NCBI GenBank assembly: GCA_963744145.1
Contig: CAVUSO010000001.1
Location: 7,136,001-7,200,000 of the forward strand
DNA from: an uncultured cyanobacterium
GTDB taxonomy: Bacteria; Cyanobacteriota; Cyanobacteriia; Cyanobacteriales; CAWUOF01
DNA: 64,000 nt
Direction of reading: 5' to 3'
In this document: piece by piece, positions 61,459-64,000 of the stretch
How the letters are laid out: each line of letters opens with the position of its first letter
How positions within the stretch are numbered: position 1 is the stretch's first letter
The notes under the pieces: generated by a model
Told to the model about the DNA's origin: nothing
Databases searched by the model: none
The model's input: only the letters and a program-made list of their open reading frames with translations
Program-made: the position numbers and the translations under genes

Positions 61459-63000
61459 ACCATTGTTCCCCTAATTTTAGGATGTGGTAATATTTATCCT
61501 GCATTAGCACAATCCATTATTCCTGCTAGCAAAGCTACTGGCACGTTAGTTACACCTATAGGGAATAAATATAATATTAATGGTGGTACTCTGTCGGGCG
61601 ATCGCACCAACCTATTCCACAGTTTTGATAAGTTCGGACTTTCCGCAGGTGAAACAGCAAATTTTATATCTAATCCCCAAATTTGGAATATTTTAGGGAG
61701 AGTGACGGGGGGAAATGCTTCCTTAATTAACGGACTAATCCAAGTAACAGGAGGGAAGTCTAACTTATTCTTAATTAATCCTGCGGGAATTGTCTTTGGC
61801 ACTAATGCAAGTTTAAATGTGCCTGGCTCTTTTACAGCAACCACAGCGACAGGAATTGGATTTAGCAATAATCAATGGTTCAATGCTTTTGGCTATAATA
61901 ATTATAGTAATTTAATTGGAACGCCATCACAATTTGCCTTTGATTTAGCGAAATCAGGAAATATTATCAACGCGGCACACTTAACAGTACCAGTGGGAGA
62001 AAATTTAACCTTACTAGGTGGTAGTGTAATTAATACTGGACAATTGACTGCGCCGACCGGAAATATTACGATTACTGCTGTCCCAAATCAGAATATAGTA
62101 AAAATATCCCAACCCGGAAATATTCTAAGTTTAGAAATTACACCACCAAGAGATACTACTGGTCAAATCTTGCCAATCAATCCCGTCGATTTACCGACAT
62201 TGCTAACGGGAACATCTAAAAATATAGATACAGGTTTGAGCGTCAATCCAATTGGTAATGTCCAATTAAACCAGTCCCGCATAATTTTGCCTAATCTCCC
62301 AGGATTAGCAATTACAACAGGGAATATTTCAGTAGCAGGAATAACTGGAAATTCAGTAGGGGGAAATGTCAATATTTTGGGCGACAAAGTAGGAGTATTT
62401 AATAGCAATATAGATGCTTCTGGTATTGCGGGAGGGGGAACAGTAAGAATTGGAGGAGATTATCAAGGAGGAGGAACTTTACCCCATGCAACTCAAACGA
62501 TCATTGCGATCGACACTAATATTAATGCTAATGCTACAGATACAGGAAATGGTGGCAAAGTAATAGTTTGGTCAGATAATTTAACCCAATATTATGGGAA
62601 TATAACTGCCCGTGGTGGCATAAATGGTGGGGATGGCGGATTAGTAGAAACTTCAGGAAAAGACTTACTGATTTTTACAGGTGGAGTAGATGCGGGTGCA
62701 ACATTAGGAAAACCAGGAACTTTACTACTTGATCCTAAAAATATCACGATTACTAGTTCTAGCTCACCCCTAGCAACGATTTTAAACTCCTATCCTGCTG
62801 TAGCAGGTGGCATCTTCGGTAATTCAGTAGCCACAGATGGAAACAACCTACTGGTTGGGGCACCATATAATACATCGGGGGGATTCACAGGAGGAGGACA
62901 AGCCTTTTTGTTTAATACTAGTGGGTCACTTCTGCAAACTTTCAATAATCCCAATCCTGTAACATATGGCAACTTCGGCGCTTCAGTAGCTATATCAGGA
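61459..63000 (+). pseudogene. Filamentous haemagglutinin N-terminal domain protein, truncated
   Basis: ALAQSI, NLFHSFDKF, RVTGGNASLING, INPAGIVFG, GGLVETSG, LLLDP.NI, then FG-GAP-like repeats cut off by an IS. Confidence 0.85.
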
Positions 63001-64000
63001 CAGCAATTCTCATTTTGAAAAAAATCAGAGAAAATTCTCTTATTTAAATAGAGAACTTGTGTCGAAGCATGATTTTTTGACAGATAATTATCATCCGACG
63101 CTGAAGATAGACAAGTTTTCAGAAATTTGTCCATGAAAAATCGATTTCAACTGATACATCCAGATGAAATTCTCACCCATTTTTTAGGTTTTTTTTGATA
63201 AAAAAGTACGGGCGTATTGCAATACGCCCCTACCCTTCCTCTTTCAATATATTGATATTTTTCAACTAGAATTTAGTTTTTTTAATGGGACATTCTCGGT
63301 GAGAATAAATGAGAATAAATCTGACCAATTTTTGAACCATAAATATTTTAATAAGGTCCGAATATCCTTAAAGAAAGTAGTAGGGGCGTATGGCAATACG
63401 CCCGTACTAATAGGTCACGAACTTTTTGATAGATGTAATTAACTAAATCCAAAACAGTATGAAATAAAAAAGCTAGTAAATTCAAAGACAATAATAACTC
63501 GCACAAATGATTTTCACCATGACCAAAGTTATGCTCTAAATTATAACCGTGATTTTTAAGAACGTTATTACTTTCATTCTCAACTTTCCATCTGCTGCGC
63601 CCAGCTTTGACAATTTCTTCAATATTATTTTCAGTGATTTTATGATTAGTGATCCAATTATTTTGGTAGATAATTTTCTGTGTTTCCTCATTAATAACAG
63701 TCACTTCGTACCAATTAACTTCGAGACTTGATTCTTCATCTTTTAAGGGAACTCTATTAGCATAGCGATAACGATACAGGAGATTTTTTCGCCCATCCCA
63801 TTGGGGCTTTTTAATGGTAGTAACTTCTCCACTTTTTTCTAAAAACTCTAGCCATTCATATAAAGTTTTATGCGAAGTTTCTCGACCAACAAAAATAAAA
63901 TTATATCCTTGTTTTAGAGCTAATTCACAAATAGGTTGGTGGGCATATAAGTCATCCCCTAAAAGGGTTACAGGATAACCATATTTATTTTGATGATTCT
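63001..64000 (-). mobile_element. ISNCY/IS4-like element with partial transposase (open from the window edge to ~63408)
   Basis: LLGDDLYAHQP and GRSRWKVENESNNVLKNHGYNLEHNFGHG; C-terminus cut by a REP hairpin at ~63378-63407; probable end CAGCAATTCTCATTTTGAA at 63001. Confidence 0.75.

Overview
AT-rich cyanobacterial chromosome segment. The HIP1 octamer GCGATCGC occurs throughout, and the xisH/xisI, Uma2 and cphB genes plus many REP/MITE repeats suggest a filamentous strain. Housekeeping genes (thrC-like with two ThiS/MoaD, moaC, rsmA, ispE, ubiD, cphB, two tRNA-Arg) surround a ~14.7 kb defence locus (25300-39963). This locus is a four-gene restriction-like system: DUF499 ATPase, small DUF3780-like protein, DUF1156 methyltransferase and PLD-SNF2 helicase, the last interrupted by an IS630 remnant. 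Four cargo genes sit between the methyltransferase and helicase: a tandem Phd-like protein, a RelE-like/winged-helix fusion, a membrane-anchored KilA-N-like protein and DinD. Not shown in the ORF track are a tRNA-Arg(CCU) with a 238-nt group I intron, and a ~1 kb intergenic region (17426-18367) holding two paralogous microproteins (NPYxxYRDPxTGxW) and two paralogous candidate sRNAs that share a promoter motif. Also present: a MITE-disrupted toxin/immunity-like locus, a mosaic four-copy Uma2 array, an IS630 whose ends match a MITE in xisH, and an FHA-like gene hit by two ISs. All family assignments come from motif recognition by eye; no database search was run.
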